A stretch of 64,000 nucleotides of DNA, from positions 32,001 through 96,000 of the forward strand of contig CAWBHS010000089.1 of NCBI GenBank assembly GCA_963788655.1. The letters run 5' to 3'. Positions 31,928 through 42,070 of the stretch are shown here, one piece after another. Position 1 is the first letter of the stretch, and each line of letters opens with the position of its first letter. Source of the DNA: an uncultured Verrucomicrobiae bacterium (lineage in GTDB: Bacteria; Verrucomicrobiota; Verrucomicrobiia; Limisphaerales; JAFGQR01). The notes under the pieces are model-generated. The model made no database searches and was not told where the DNA came from. It worked only from the letters and a program-made list of their open reading frames with translations. Position numbers and translations under genes: made by a program.

Positions 31928-31968
31928 AATGACTGACAACCAAGGACCAAGCCCCAGAGAATGACCAA
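31928..31968 (+). repeat. heptamer-array arm, left boundary of the RM/kinase island
   Basis: AATGACTGACAACCAAGGACCAAGCCCCAGAGAATGACCAA; 31/41 identical to the reverse complement of 36579-36619. Confidence 0.65.
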
Positions 31969-32019
31969 GGGCGAAGGCGCAAGTTCCATCACGGCGTAAC
32001 GCGCCTCCCAATGCGCCAC

Positions 32020-32907
32020 GCTTGAGCAAGCTGCGTAAATCGTCGCGGTCTTTGGCCTGCACCGGCGTCTGGCGCAGCAACTCTTTGCAAAACGAGAATG
32101 TGTCGAAAAGCTGGTCGTCCAAATCGTTACGGTCGGTCAACACGACAACGGTAGGATTCTCCATCGCCGGGTGTTGCACGATCTTTCCGGCGTAGAACAC
32201 CATCGAAAGACTTTTACCGCTCCCTTGCGTATGCCAGATGACGCCTGCGCGACGGTCGCCAATATTTTCCGAGGTAGGAGACGAGGTGACGAGGCTCTGA
32301 CTAATTTCCGATTTTGAAGTTCGAGTCTCCTCACGTCGTCTCCTACTGGATTCAGAGGAAACACCCGCCGCCCGCAAGGTCGTTTCCACCGCTTTATTGA
32401 CGGCGTGGAACTGATGATAGCCCGCCAGCTTCTTCACGACCTTTTCGCCGTCGTCCTCGAATACGATGAAATTGCGGATTAAGTCCAACAAGCGGTGATT
32501 GTCGAACACGCCTTTGAGCAGCGTTTCCAGTTGCAACGAACCGGGCGGGACAAGCTCCTTTCCCGTAATGGTGCGCCACGTCATGAACCGCTCCCAATCA
32601 GACGTGACCGTGCCGAGCCGCGCTTCGTGGCCATCGGAAACGCGCGATTGTTCTCGATGAGCGTGGGATAATTGACCAAACGCAGTTTGCGCAACGTTTC
32701 CTGCAACCCCTCCGGCGGAATCTTGGAATTCAAATCCTCCAGCTTGGTTTGCAGCCGGTCGAAAAGAAAAACCTGCTGGTAATCCGCCCGCTCCGCCGCT
32801 GATTCACCCGGCGCGATGGTGAGGCCAGATAAAACCTCGCAACCAAGCTCACGAAGCCTGTCGAGCGAGCATTCTTCAACGACCGACTCCGTGATCCCTT
32901 TGCTCAT
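32020..32907 (-). pseudogene. hsdR: type I restriction subunit R remnant (internal deletion and C-terminal truncation)
   Basis: ITESVVE..., LIENNRAF fused to SDGHEARLG..FMTWRT; YHQFHAV; WHTQGSGKS (Walker A); TDRNDLDDQL; similarity ends after RSLLK. Confidence 0.85.
32274..32346. repeat. GTAG palindromic element inserted in frame in hsdR
   Basis: GTAGGAGACGAGGTGACGAGGCTC ... GAGTCTCCTCACGTCGTCTCCTAC (21/24). Confidence 0.8.
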
Positions 32908-33773
32908 TTCTTCTTTGGTTTGTCGTGCAACACCATCTCCGACAACTCGTGGTTGCCGATTTCTTCGGCAACGTGCTCCGCGAAGTGTTCCAGTTCATTC
33001 TCGCGGACAAGTTGTTTATGCCCCGGAATCTTGCTCAACAGATGAAACGCGTTTTCAAACGCCTTCTTGGTCTCATCCTGGCGCGGCTCGCCCAGCAGGA
33101 AGTGAATCTTGAATTTCTCCCGTGCATCATGCAGCGCAACTCCGCGGCCAAGCCATTTATTCGCCTTCTCACGGATGCTGCCCGGATCAACGAGGTCAAA
33201 CGAAACCGGCTCGTAGAGATGCCAGACGTCATTCTTCCACGCGAAGCGAAAATCGTATTGGTAGTCCTTCGTCTCGATTTTCTTTTCCGCCAGCTTTTCC
33301 GCCGTCTTGCCCAGCCTCGCTTTGAACGGCTTTGCAATTTCCTCGTCGCTCCGGCTCACCTGTTCCGCGCCGGCGACGTATCGCTCCACCAACCGCTTGA
33401 ACAATTCGTCCATTGTCTTCGCCACGTCCTCCGTGAAACCGCCGCCCTGTTCCGACCATTGCAGCGAACTGTCGTCCGGTGGCAGCACTTGCCGGACGAT
33501 TTCCTTGAGCGCAGTCACCGGTGGAACTTCGAGACCGTCGCGGATTTCGGCGGCGATTTCGTCGAACCGGTTCGCCATGTAACGCATCAAGGCCCGGTAG
33601 TGCAGATGGTCAATCTTCAAAAAGATCGCGTTCAACCGTCCGTAGGACGTGGTGAAGCGGGCTTCCAGATACCGTTGCTCGGGCGAATAGAGCACAACCC
33701 CGATGTTGGCGAATTCGCCGGTCACAACGTCGTGCAGATAACGCAGTGTGATGGTGCTGTAGGTTGGTTTCAT
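32904..33773 (-). CDS. DUF3037-domain protein
   Basis: Y..LRY..D...GEFANIGVVL N-terminal signature; start overlaps the kinase stop (ATGA). Confidence 0.8.
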   Translation of the reverse strand: MKPTYSTITLRYLHDVVTGEFANIGVVLYSPEQRYLEARFTTSYGRLNAIFLKIDHLHYRALMRYMANRFDEIAAEIRDGLEVPPVTALKEIVRQVLPPDDSSLQWSEQGGGFTEDVAKTMDELFKRLVERYVAGAEQVSRSDEEIAKPFKARLGKTAEKLAEKKIETKDYQYDFRFAWKNDVWHLYEPVSFDLVDPGSIREKANKWLGRGVALHDAREKFKIHFLLGEPRQDETKKAFENAFHLLSKIPGHKQLVRENELEHFAEHVAEEIGNHELSEMVLHDKPKKK

Positions 33774-34574
33774 CGCAGTATGTGTTTTACGTAATTTACC
33801 AAATTGTCCCGGTGCTGGCGAGCCTCTCGGAGATACGCGGCGACCTGCTCGCCAAAGTCGCTCTGTCCCAGCCACTCCGCCGGAACAGCGTCAAGATAGC
33901 CTTGAATCCGCTTGTCAGACAGTGCGCCGAGCTTTTCCTTGAATGGGCCAAGATTCAGCCGCCCGCCGCGCAAGTCTGCCATAGAAAACGTGCTGTTCCA
34001 GAAACCGGAAACCATTCCCCTGACTGGCTGCGGCCCAGGGCTTTGGCGCTCCACCGATAATCGGCACGGACAAGAATGAGAACGCCTGCTCATGGTCGTA
34101 AACGCCGAGCCGGTCCGAACGCGCCCAAAGGTTGGGATTCACCGCCCGCCGGTCCGCATTCTGGATCAACGTGTCGAAGGCAAAAATATCCGCCGCTTGA
34201 TCCCGTTGCGCGCCGACCGGGTTGCGGCCGGGCGGCCACGTCGTAAATCCCGCGCCAAGGTGAACCGAACCAAAATTCAAGCCGGGACTGCCTTTAACCA
34301 ATTTCACCAGTTCGCGTTCGGCTATGACAGCTTCAAAACCAACCGGCACGTCCACGACCGCTGCTTGCGGGACTTGCAGTCCAAGGTTGTCTGCCAATTG
34401 CGCGGTGAGCAATTCGGCGGTTTGCGCCGTCCCGGTCATCTCGCGCCCGCGAAACTTCACCACCACCTCAAACGTGTCACCGCCCGCGTTCTCGCAACCC
34501 AGCAACAGCGGATGATTCCGCCCTGTGGACATCGCCTTGATGAATTGCGTGGCTGTGAGCTCCAGGACTTCCAT
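33770..34574 (-). CDS. HipA-like/PI3K-fold kinase (frameshift near 33975)
   Basis: STGRNHP loop, VVKF, AELL, FDTLIQNADR...NPNL, YDHEQAF; C-terminus continues in ORF 33770..34093. Confidence 0.82.
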
Positions 34575-34576
34575 AG

Positions 34577-35638
34577 TCAGGTGGTTGCCTCCACAAGTTT
34601 GGCGGCGGCGGGCACGCGCAACTCGCCCGACAGCAGCTTCGGCATCAGCGCGTCGCGCAGCGCGGCGAGGGTGCGGGATTCGTGGAGGTTCGCAATGATT
34701 CGTTCGACGAGCGGATGAATCTTCTCAGTGAACTCGGCGGCAAGCTGTTTCGGTGGCAGCGCAACTTCGTAACGGGAAATGTCATTCCAATTTGCCCGTG
34801 GCATCTTCGTTCTGGTTGAAGCTGCGTTTGTGTGGTTCACAAGCTCGACGCTGGAAACGTGGCCAAGCACAAAGCCGAACCATGCAGGTTCTTTTGGCGT
34901 GATGACCAAAATATCTGTTGAGCAAACGCCATCCAGCGGGGCGACACCGATTTTGTGAAAGTAAGGCCGCAGTTTGCCGAAAAGGATTTCGCCGCGCTTG
35001 AACTCGAATTTGCCACTCTCCAACTCTTCGGTGTGCCCCCAATCGGAAAGCGCAATGCAACGACGCGGCATGTGTTCAAGTCCGATGTATGCCATATCGG
35101 TTTTAATTTGGTCCGGCTGGATTCCGCGACGCGGATTCTCGGCGACTTCACCGAGCGTTCCCGCGCGCCAGCCTTTGGGGAGGGCGGATTGGCCTGCCTG
35201 TCTGCGGGACGCAGGCAGGGTGGCCCGATCCACGAACCAGGATTTGAACAGGCTCTGGGCCAGCGCCTCCAGCGTCTCGTTCATCCGCCGGTTCAAATCA
35301 ATCTTGTCGTCCAGAGTGCCCAACACCGCGGCAATTGCACGCTGTTCGTTTGGCTCGGGAATGCAAATGGGAATATGGTAAATGAAATTCCGATTTAGTG
35401 ATGCCTGTGCGCTGCCCGAGTTGTATCGGCTGAAATCAATAGACTTCAGAAAATAATAGGTGAACCGCGTGTCGTTGCCGCGAAAGTCTGTGACGTAAAG
35501 CGCGGTGTTGTGCGGCCAGTAATCAGTCGGGCAATAGTGAACTTGCCCGAATGATGCGCCGCTACGACCAACAACAACTCCCGGCCCTTTGGCTTTGGCT
35601 ATGGCGTGGTAACCGTTCATTCCAGCAGAACCCAGAAC
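34577..35638 (-). pseudogene. hsdS: type I RM specificity subunit S, N-terminally truncated
   Basis: EQRAIAAVLGTLDDKIDLN, LFKSWF, LPKGW, LAALRDALMPKLLSGE; begins at an internal VLGSAG motif. Confidence 0.82.
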
Positions 35639-36298
35639 ACGCGGCCTTTGTAGGGTTCAAGCATGGCGACGAGCACCTGCACGACGCATTGCGGGGTGTA
35701 GAACTCGCCGCCGCCCTTGCCTTCCGCGCTGGCGAATTTGCCGAGAAAGTATTCATAGACGCGCCCGAGCACGTCCTTGGACTTCGCCGCCGATTCGTTG
35801 AAGCCGATGTTGCTGATGATGTCCACGAGTCCGCCGAGCCGGACTTTGTCGAGGCTGGGCCGGGCGTAATCGCGCGGCAGCACGCCTTTGAGCGTGGGAT
35901 TCTCGCGCTCAATCGCGCCCATCGCGTCGTCAATGACCTTGCCAATCTCCGGCGACTTGGCTTTGGCCTTGATGGTGTGCCAGCGGGCTTCGGGCGGCAG
36001 CCAGAAGACATTCGCGGCCAGATATTCGTCGCGGTTCTCGGCGGCGTCGGCGCGTTGCGGTTCGTCCTTGATGAACCATTCGCTCTTGGGATCGGAGAAG
36101 CCGAACAGCAGTTGCTCGCGTTTTTCCTCGAAGGCGTCGGAGATGTATTTCAGGAAGATGAGGCCGAGGCAGACGTGCTTGTATTCCGAGGCGTCCATGT
36201 GCCCGCGCATCTTGTCGGCGGCGGCCCAGAGCTGGGCTTCAAAGTTCGAGGGCGGAGCCGTTGCCGTTGGGCTTTTTCTGAGGTCGTGCTTTCGCCAT
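35617..36298 (-). pseudogene. hsdM: type I RM methyltransferase subunit M, N-terminal part only
   Basis: [37 protein letters not shown]; stops before DPxxGSGG and NPPF. Confidence 0.85.
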
Positions 36299-36486
36299 GC
36301 GTCAATGCGGTTTAATCATAGTCCGCTTCAGTCTTGGTTTAAAGGCTGCCTCGCAAACAAGTCTTGCTTCCCGTTAACGAATTCGAGGATGCGCCCAAAT
36401 TGTTTGTAATGGTAAAGAGCCAAAATTGGATCCTGGGGTCATGTAAACGGGGGCGGCCCAAACGATGAAGACTCGTGCAACAGGCC

Positions 36487-36556
36487 GTAGCCGCCAACGT
36501 GAGGAGGCGGAGCAAAGGAAGTGGCATCAGGTCCGCCTTCTCACATCGGCGGCTAT
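36487..36556. repeat. GTAG palindromic element related to the one in hsdR
   Basis: GTAGCCGCCAACGTGAGGAGGCGGA ... TCCGCCTTCTCACATCGGCGGCTAT (21/25). Confidence 0.75.
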
Positions 36557-36578
36557 GGTGACTGTGGAATCTTCGGAT

Positions 36579-36619
36579 TTGGACCTTCTCTGGTCATTGG
36601 CCATTGGTTATTGGTCATT
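36579..36619 (-). repeat. heptamer-array arm, right boundary of the RM/kinase island
   Basis: TTGGACCTTCTCTGGTCATTGGCCATTGGTTATTGGTCATT; inverted counterpart of 31928-31968. Confidence 0.65.
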
Positions 36620-36628
36620 GAGAGCAGG

Positions 36629-37505
36629 TCACTGAAGATACGGTTCAATGTGGACCAGCACGTCGAACACGGCGGGGATTTCGACACACACCTGGTCCTT
36701 GACCGCATGGGCAATCGCGTGGGCTTTCTTGACGGAGATCTCGGGGTCCACTTCCACGTGCATGTCCACGTAAAATTGGAATCCCATTTTGCGCACGCGG
36801 CATTTTTCAATCCTCGCCACCCCCTCCACCTGACCGGCAACGGCGCGGATCTTCTTGATCAGACCGGGATCGGGCGCGGTGTCCATGAGTTCATTCAGGG
36901 CGGGCCGCAGCAGGCGCCAGCCGTTCCAGGCAATAATGACGGCCGCGACAATGGCAGCAATGTCGTCGGCAATTTCGAATCCAGGTCCGCCGATCAACGC
37001 CACGGAAATGCCGATGGCCGCGGCGATGGAGGTGATGGCGTCACTGCGATGGTGCCAGGCATCGCTGCGCACTACGGAACTTTCCACCGAGTTGGCTTCC
37101 CGCAAGGCGAAGCGGAACAACGCTTCTTTGATGGCCACTACCGCAAACAGGACGGCCAACGTGAAGGGCGCCGGTCCGATTTGGGGATTAATGATTTCAT
37201 GGATGGCCTCAACCGTAATCCACACGGCGGCCAGCAACAGCATGGTGGCCACCAAGGCAGCCGCAATGGGTTCGGCTTTGCCGTGCCCGTACAGGATGAT
37301 CCATGTCTGGTGGCTCGGAGGCCACCACCAGGCCCCGCCAAACAATCACCGAGCTGATAATGTCCGACAGTGATTCCACAGCATCGGCGACCAGCGCATG
37401 GGAATGTCCGAGGAGCCCCGCCGTCAGTTTGCTGCCTGCCAGAGCCGTGTTCGCCGCCAACCCGATGAAGGTGACGCGCAAGCCGCGATAGAGACGCTGG
37501 TCCAA
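36629..37505 (-). CDS. cation diffusion facilitator transporter, FieF-like (frameshift near 37295)
   Basis: SHALVADAVESLSD, PPD..HPYGHGKAE, DAWHHRSD, VLVHIEP. Confidence 0.9.
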
Positions 37506-37527
37506 ATTTCGAGGTCCGTTCAGCGGT

Positions 37528-39103
37528 TCAGGCCCAGTAGTGGTAATTCACTTCCGGGAACAGGTTGTCCGTGGCTTCAATCTGCGCCAGCCAATGTTCG
37601 TCGATGCGCGTGGTGGTCAATTGCTCGTGCAGCGCAATAAACCGGAGCAAATGATCTTTGACCCGCTTCCGGGCGTAATCAGGGCTGGTGCCGGTGCGCA
37701 GGATGAACGGCCAGTCGCTGGACTGCGCCAGCAGCAATTCCCGCGCGGCTTGTTTGAGCGCGCGCTCGATCCAGCCCGTGGCGTTCGGGAATTGGCGGGC
37801 CAGTTGGGTCATCCGTTCCTGGGCGACGTGCAAGTGCGGGTAAATCCATTCGTTGGTTTCGTTCAGCCAAACCCTCCAGTAGCCTTCCTCGCCCCAACTT
37901 GAAGCGCTGGGCTGGCCAACTTGATTGGTGGGATATTGCCGCAGGTAGTCGCTCGGCGTGATGAGCGCGACGGTGCTTTGCTCGAACAACAGCTTGCGCA
38001 CCAAGTAATCCAGGAATTCCGGCCCTTCATACCACCAATGCCCAAACAGTTCCGCGTCGTACGGCGCCACAATCACCGGCGGACGTTCCATGATCGAGGC
38101 CAGTTCATTGACCTGTTTGAGGCGGGCCTGGAGAAAATGTTGGGCGTGTTCCGCCGCCACGTACAGGGCAGCCTTCCGATCGTAAATCTGCTTGTCCGGT
38201 GCCGGGCCGGTGATGCTGTAATACTTGATCCCGGTGAAACTGCGTTGATTGCCGGTGGGCAGGTGCGGTCGCACATAATCGAAATCCAGATCGAACCCGA
38301 TGTCGCGGTAGAAATCACGGTAGCGGGTATCACCGGGATACCCTTCGTGCTTGCTCCAAACTTGTTTGGCAGACTCCAAGTCCCGTCCAAACGCGGCGAG
38401 TCCATTGGGCGTAAACAGCGGCGCATAGACGCCAAAACGCGGCCGGGGACGGGCATGAAGAAGGCCGTGGGTATCGAGGATGAACCAGCGAATCTCCGCT
38501 TCCTGCAAGATCGGTTCAAGCCCCTCAAGGTAGGCGCACTCCGGCAGCCAGATGCCGCGCGGATCGCGGCCAAAGCACGCCCGGTAAGGATCGCGCGCCA
38601 CGAGGATTTGGGCGCGGAGCGACGGACGATGATCGGCCAGCAGCGGCAGCAAGGCATGCGTGGCGGCGGAGGTGATGATCTCCAGTTGGCCGGCGTCCTG
38701 GAATCGGCCGAACGCCGCGACCAGGTTCTGTTGGCAGGCCTGATACGTTTGGCGCAGCGATTTGAACCGCTCGAAATACATTTGGGCCAGTGGATGACAG
38801 GCCGAGTCCCAGGCCGTGCGGTGAACTTCCTTGTCGGCCAACTCGACCAATCCGTCCAGATGCCGGACATAGCGCGCTTGCAGCAACGGATCGAGCAACA
38901 TGGCGCAGAGCGTCGGTGAGAGCGTCAAGGTCAGCCGCCAGTCCAATTCGTCGCGCCGCCAGCCTCCCAGCATTTGGAGCAAGGGCAGGTACAGTCTCGG
39001 TGATGGCTTCGTAAAGCCAGTTCTCTTCGAGGAAACGGTCGTGTTCGGGATGCCGCACGAAGGGCAGGTGGGCGTGCAACACGAGCGAAAGATAGCCTTT
39101 CAT
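37528..39103 (-). CDS. GH57 1,4-alpha-glucan branching enzyme, DUF1957 type (frameshift near 38990)
   Basis: LVLHAHLPFVRHP, GIWLPECAY, APYDAELFGHWWYEG, LLAQSSDWPF. Confidence 0.92.
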
Positions 39104-39196
39104 GACGGAGCAAAAAATGGATTACCGCCAGCGTATAAGACTCGGAATTGGCTTCTCAAGTGAATCCTTCTTAAGGGCAACCGGCCGCGCAGTGCC

Positions 39197-40729
39197 TCAC
39201 GAGAGGTTCTCGGGGCGCGGCGGTTTCAGGTGCGGTTCCTGCGGATGCTGGCCCACAGTTCCGCGATACCGCGTGCGGCGCCGAAAGTCCAATTTGGCCG
39301 AACGCTGATCCGTGCCGTCGGCCGCCGTGGCGACCGCTTCCAGACCATAACTTCCATCCGGCAGGGCAAAGCGAAAACTGAAGGTGCCATCGTCGCGCAA
39401 TCGAATTGGCCGGCCTTCCAGCGTGACCTCGGCCCCCGGTTCGGTGGCGCCGTAAATGATCAGTTCGGCATTGATGTTGAACCAAAAAGCGCGCTCCGCT
39501 TCCGGCCCGGCCCCCTGGCTGGAGATACCGGAAACCGGGGCGCTCCCCACTCCCGCGGGCGCGAAGGGCACTCCGGCGGCCGGCCACGCGGAAGGCGGTC
39601 CCACGCCCGACGCCCATTCGTGTCGCAATTGCCGGCGGAGCATTTCAGTGATTTCCAACGACCCGATCCACACGTGGCGGACCGCGTCCATGTTGACCAT
39701 GCGGGCGAGAGCATCCTCGTGTTTCGGAGTCCAGTGCTTGGCGGAAATCTGCTCGCGTGCCGGCAAACCCGGATGGCCGGTGGCGCGCAATTCCTGGAGG
39801 GCTTCCGCGAGCGGCGCTTGGGTGCCGGCGGCCTGCTTGATCAATTCCAGCAGTTGGGCGAACGGCAGATCGGGCGGGATGGTTTCCACCGCAAACGACA
39901 AATCATCCGACATGGCATCGGGCGGAGTCAGCGTTTCTCGGGAGGTCGAAATGGATTCCCATCGGTGGCCGGGATCGTAATAACCCAATTCGGCTTGGAA
40001 GCGGGTGCCGCCCTGCCCAACGTGGACAAACCAACTCCGGGAATCGGGAGCAAGGGGCGTTTCCTCGACGGGCGTTCCGGCGACTTGGTCACGATAGACG
40101 CGCAGCACCAATTGGCCGCTCTCGGCCCGTTGGCGGTACTGCTCCTGCTGCGCGTGCGTCAAGTCCCAGTGCGCATAGAGCCAATGCGGATCGCGAGCGG
40201 TGAGCAACAATTCTTGGGTGCCGTAGGCTTCCGGCAGTTCCCGTTCCTCAACGGGACTCGAGCCAGCTTCCCTTGGAGCGATGGGCCGCAGGGCATAACG
40301 CTGGCCTGGGCCACTGACGGGCGGCTTTGGAGCGGGAGCCGTAGTTTTTAATGCTCGCGCCGCCGTTTTGCTCACGGTCGGTTCGGTTGTCTCGGGATCG
40401 TCTTCCAGCAGGATGGGGGGGATTTTCAGGCGAGGCTTTGCGGAAATGGTTTTTGGTCGGGCCGGACTGGATTGGGTCGCACTGGCTTTGGTGAGGCGGC
40501 TTTTGGCGGGGCGACTTGGGGACTTGGTAACCCGCACCTGCTTCGCTTTGGTTGGTTTGGCTTTGGCACCTTTCGCTGGGATCGATTTCGCTTGGGCCAG
40601 CTTGGCGCCGGTGGATTTGGCCTTGGGTGTTTTGCCCTTGGTTGCCTTGCGCATTGCTGGCTCAGCCGCTTTCCTCCCGGTGGGCCGGGGGGCTGGTTTA
40701 ACTGGCTTTTTTGCTCTCGTTGCTTTCAT
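39197..40729 (-). CDS. DUF4912-domain protein with Lys/Ala/Pro-rich N-terminus
   Basis: LPEAYG..LLLTARDPHWLYAHWD; NAELIIYGATEP; DGTFSFRFALPDG. Confidence 0.85.
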   Translation of the reverse strand: MKATRAKKPVKPAPRPTGRKAAEPAMRKATKGKTPKAKSTGAKLAQAKSIPAKGAKAKPTKAKQVRVTKSPSRPAKSRLTKASATQSSPARPKTISAKPRLKIPPILLEDDPETTEPTVSKTAARALKTTAPAPKPPVSGPGQRYALRPIAPREAGSSPVEERELPEAYGTQELLLTARDPHWLYAHWDLTHAQQEQYRQRAESGQLVLRVYRDQVAGTPVEETPLAPDSRSWFVHVGQGGTRFQAELGYYDPGHRWESISTSRETLTPPDAMSDDLSFAVETIPPDLPFAQLLELIKQAAGTQAPLAEALQELRATGHPGLPAREQISAKHWTPKHEDALARMVNMDAVRHVWIGSLEITEMLRRQLRHEWASGVGPPSAWPAAGVPFAPAGVGSAPVSGISSQGAGPEAERAFWFNINAELIIYGATEPGAEVTLEGRPIRLRDDGTFSFRFALPDGSYGLEAVATAADGTDQRSAKLDFRRRTRYRGTVGQHPQEPHLKPPRPENLS

Positions 40730-40942
40730 GGGTGCTTCGCACGGAGTTGGCCGGCGCACTCTAAACGAGCGCATGGTAAGGGCAAGGCGATGCGCCCGCA
40801 ACGGGTAAATGGATGGGGGATGAACTTCAACCGGCGGTGTCAGCCATCCGAACCCTCGCAGACGAAGGGGGTTGTAAAAACTTCACTTGCAAAGTATTGG
40901 GAGGCGGGTGTTAACTAATTCTAAACGCAGGACGGCGAACAA

Positions 40943-41350
40943 ATGAAACAGCCCATCCAGGCCGGCGACGGACACCGGCAAAAAGCAACCACCTTGATTT
41001 ACTTGGTGGACGATGAGCCGCTGCTGTTGGACTTGGCGGAAATGGCTCTGAAAGGCAACGGTTACCTCCTCAAGAAATTTCAGAATCCGGAGTTGGCCCT
41101 CAAATCGTTTGTGCGGGCGCGGGCCAAACCGGTTTTAATCATCACCGACTACGCCATGGGCCGCGTAAACGGTTGCGATTTCCTCGCCAGTTGCAAGCAG
41201 GTTGATCCGACGGTCAAAACCCTCCTCGTCAGCGGCACGGTGGGACCGGAAATCGTGCTGAACGCGCCGGTGACCATTGATCGCTTCCTGGCCAAACCCT
41301 ACCAGCCGGAAACGCTGGCCGATTTGGTGCGGGCGGTGTTGGCGACATAA
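40943..41350 (+). CDS. single-domain response regulator
   Basis: LVDDE, ITDYAM, LVSG, FLAKP. Confidence 0.9.
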   Translation: MKQPIQAGDGHRQKATTLIYLVDDEPLLLDLAEMALKGNGYLLKKFQNPELALKSFVRARAKPVLIITDYAMGRVNGCDFLASCKQVDPTVKTLLVSGTVGPEIVLNAPVTIDRFLAKPYQPETLADLVRAVLAT

Positions 41351-41376
41351 TCATCCGGGCTTCCTGCCTTGCCAGC

Positions 41377-41694
41377 ATGACCTTGCGCGCCAAAAAATTG
41401 GGCATCCTCCTTTCCACGCGACCGGACGCTCCCGGCTTCCAGCACGGTTTGCAGTTGGCCGAACAGGCGCTGGCCAACGGCGTGACGGTTTACCTCTATT
41501 GCATCGATGAGGCCGTGATGGGGGTGGCCGATCGGCGATTGCAGGCAATGAAGGCGCGGGGACTCAATCTTTATGCGTGCGCTTATGCGGCCCAGCGACG
41601 GCACCTTCCGGTCAGCGATGACGCGGTCTTTTCCGGCTTGTCCATCGTGAGTGATTTGATGGCCGGCACGGATCGGTTCGTGAGTTTCAACTGA
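41377..41694 (+). CDS. DsrE/TusD-like protein
   Basis: LYCIDEAV, LYACAYAAQRR (conserved Cys), GLSIVSDLMAGTDRFVSF. Confidence 0.8.
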   Translation: MTLRAKKLGILLSTRPDAPGFQHGLQLAEQALANGVTVYLYCIDEAVMGVADRRLQAMKARGLNLYACAYAAQRRHLPVSDDAVFSGLSIVSDLMAGTDRFVSFN

Positions 41695-41717
41695 GCAACC
41701 AGGAGCGTGGCCGACCA

Positions 41718-42068
41718 ATGAATCCGAGCGTCTTAATCGTCATCGCCAGCGATCCGCGGACCAGTCCCCGCGCCGCCGAAGCGGTGCGTATCGCGGCGGG
41801 GATCAGCGTCTGGGGGCGCTTGGACGTTCAGGTATGCCTGCAAGGGGCAGCCGTCCAGATGTTAGGTGAGTTTCCCGACGACTTGATGGATGGAGACCAA
41901 GTGACTCAGTGTCTGCCGATGTTGGCGCGGCACAATTGCTCGCTCTATGTTGGGCGCGACGCCGTGCCGACGCTGCCCACGGCGCGGGCCGAAATTCCGT
42001 TCCAGGAAATTGACGCCTCGCAACTGGGAGCCTTGGCCGCGCAGTGCCGGTGCTTGCTTCGTTTCTAA
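41718..42068 (+). CDS. DsrF/TusC-like protein
   Basis: VLIVIASDP....AAEAVRIAAG, CLQGAAV, terminal LLRF. Confidence 0.7.
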   Translation: MNPSVLIVIASDPRTSPRAAEAVRIAAGISVWGRLDVQVCLQGAAVQMLGEFPDDLMDGDQVTQCLPMLARHNCSLYVGRDAVPTLPTARAEIPFQEIDASQLGALAAQCRCLLRF

Positions 42069-42070
42069 TC

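Noticed and set aside
36310..36480. Possible gene remnant upstream of hsdM (PQDPILALYHYKQFGRILEF...)
   Set aside because: Too short, no start codon, no recognisable family.
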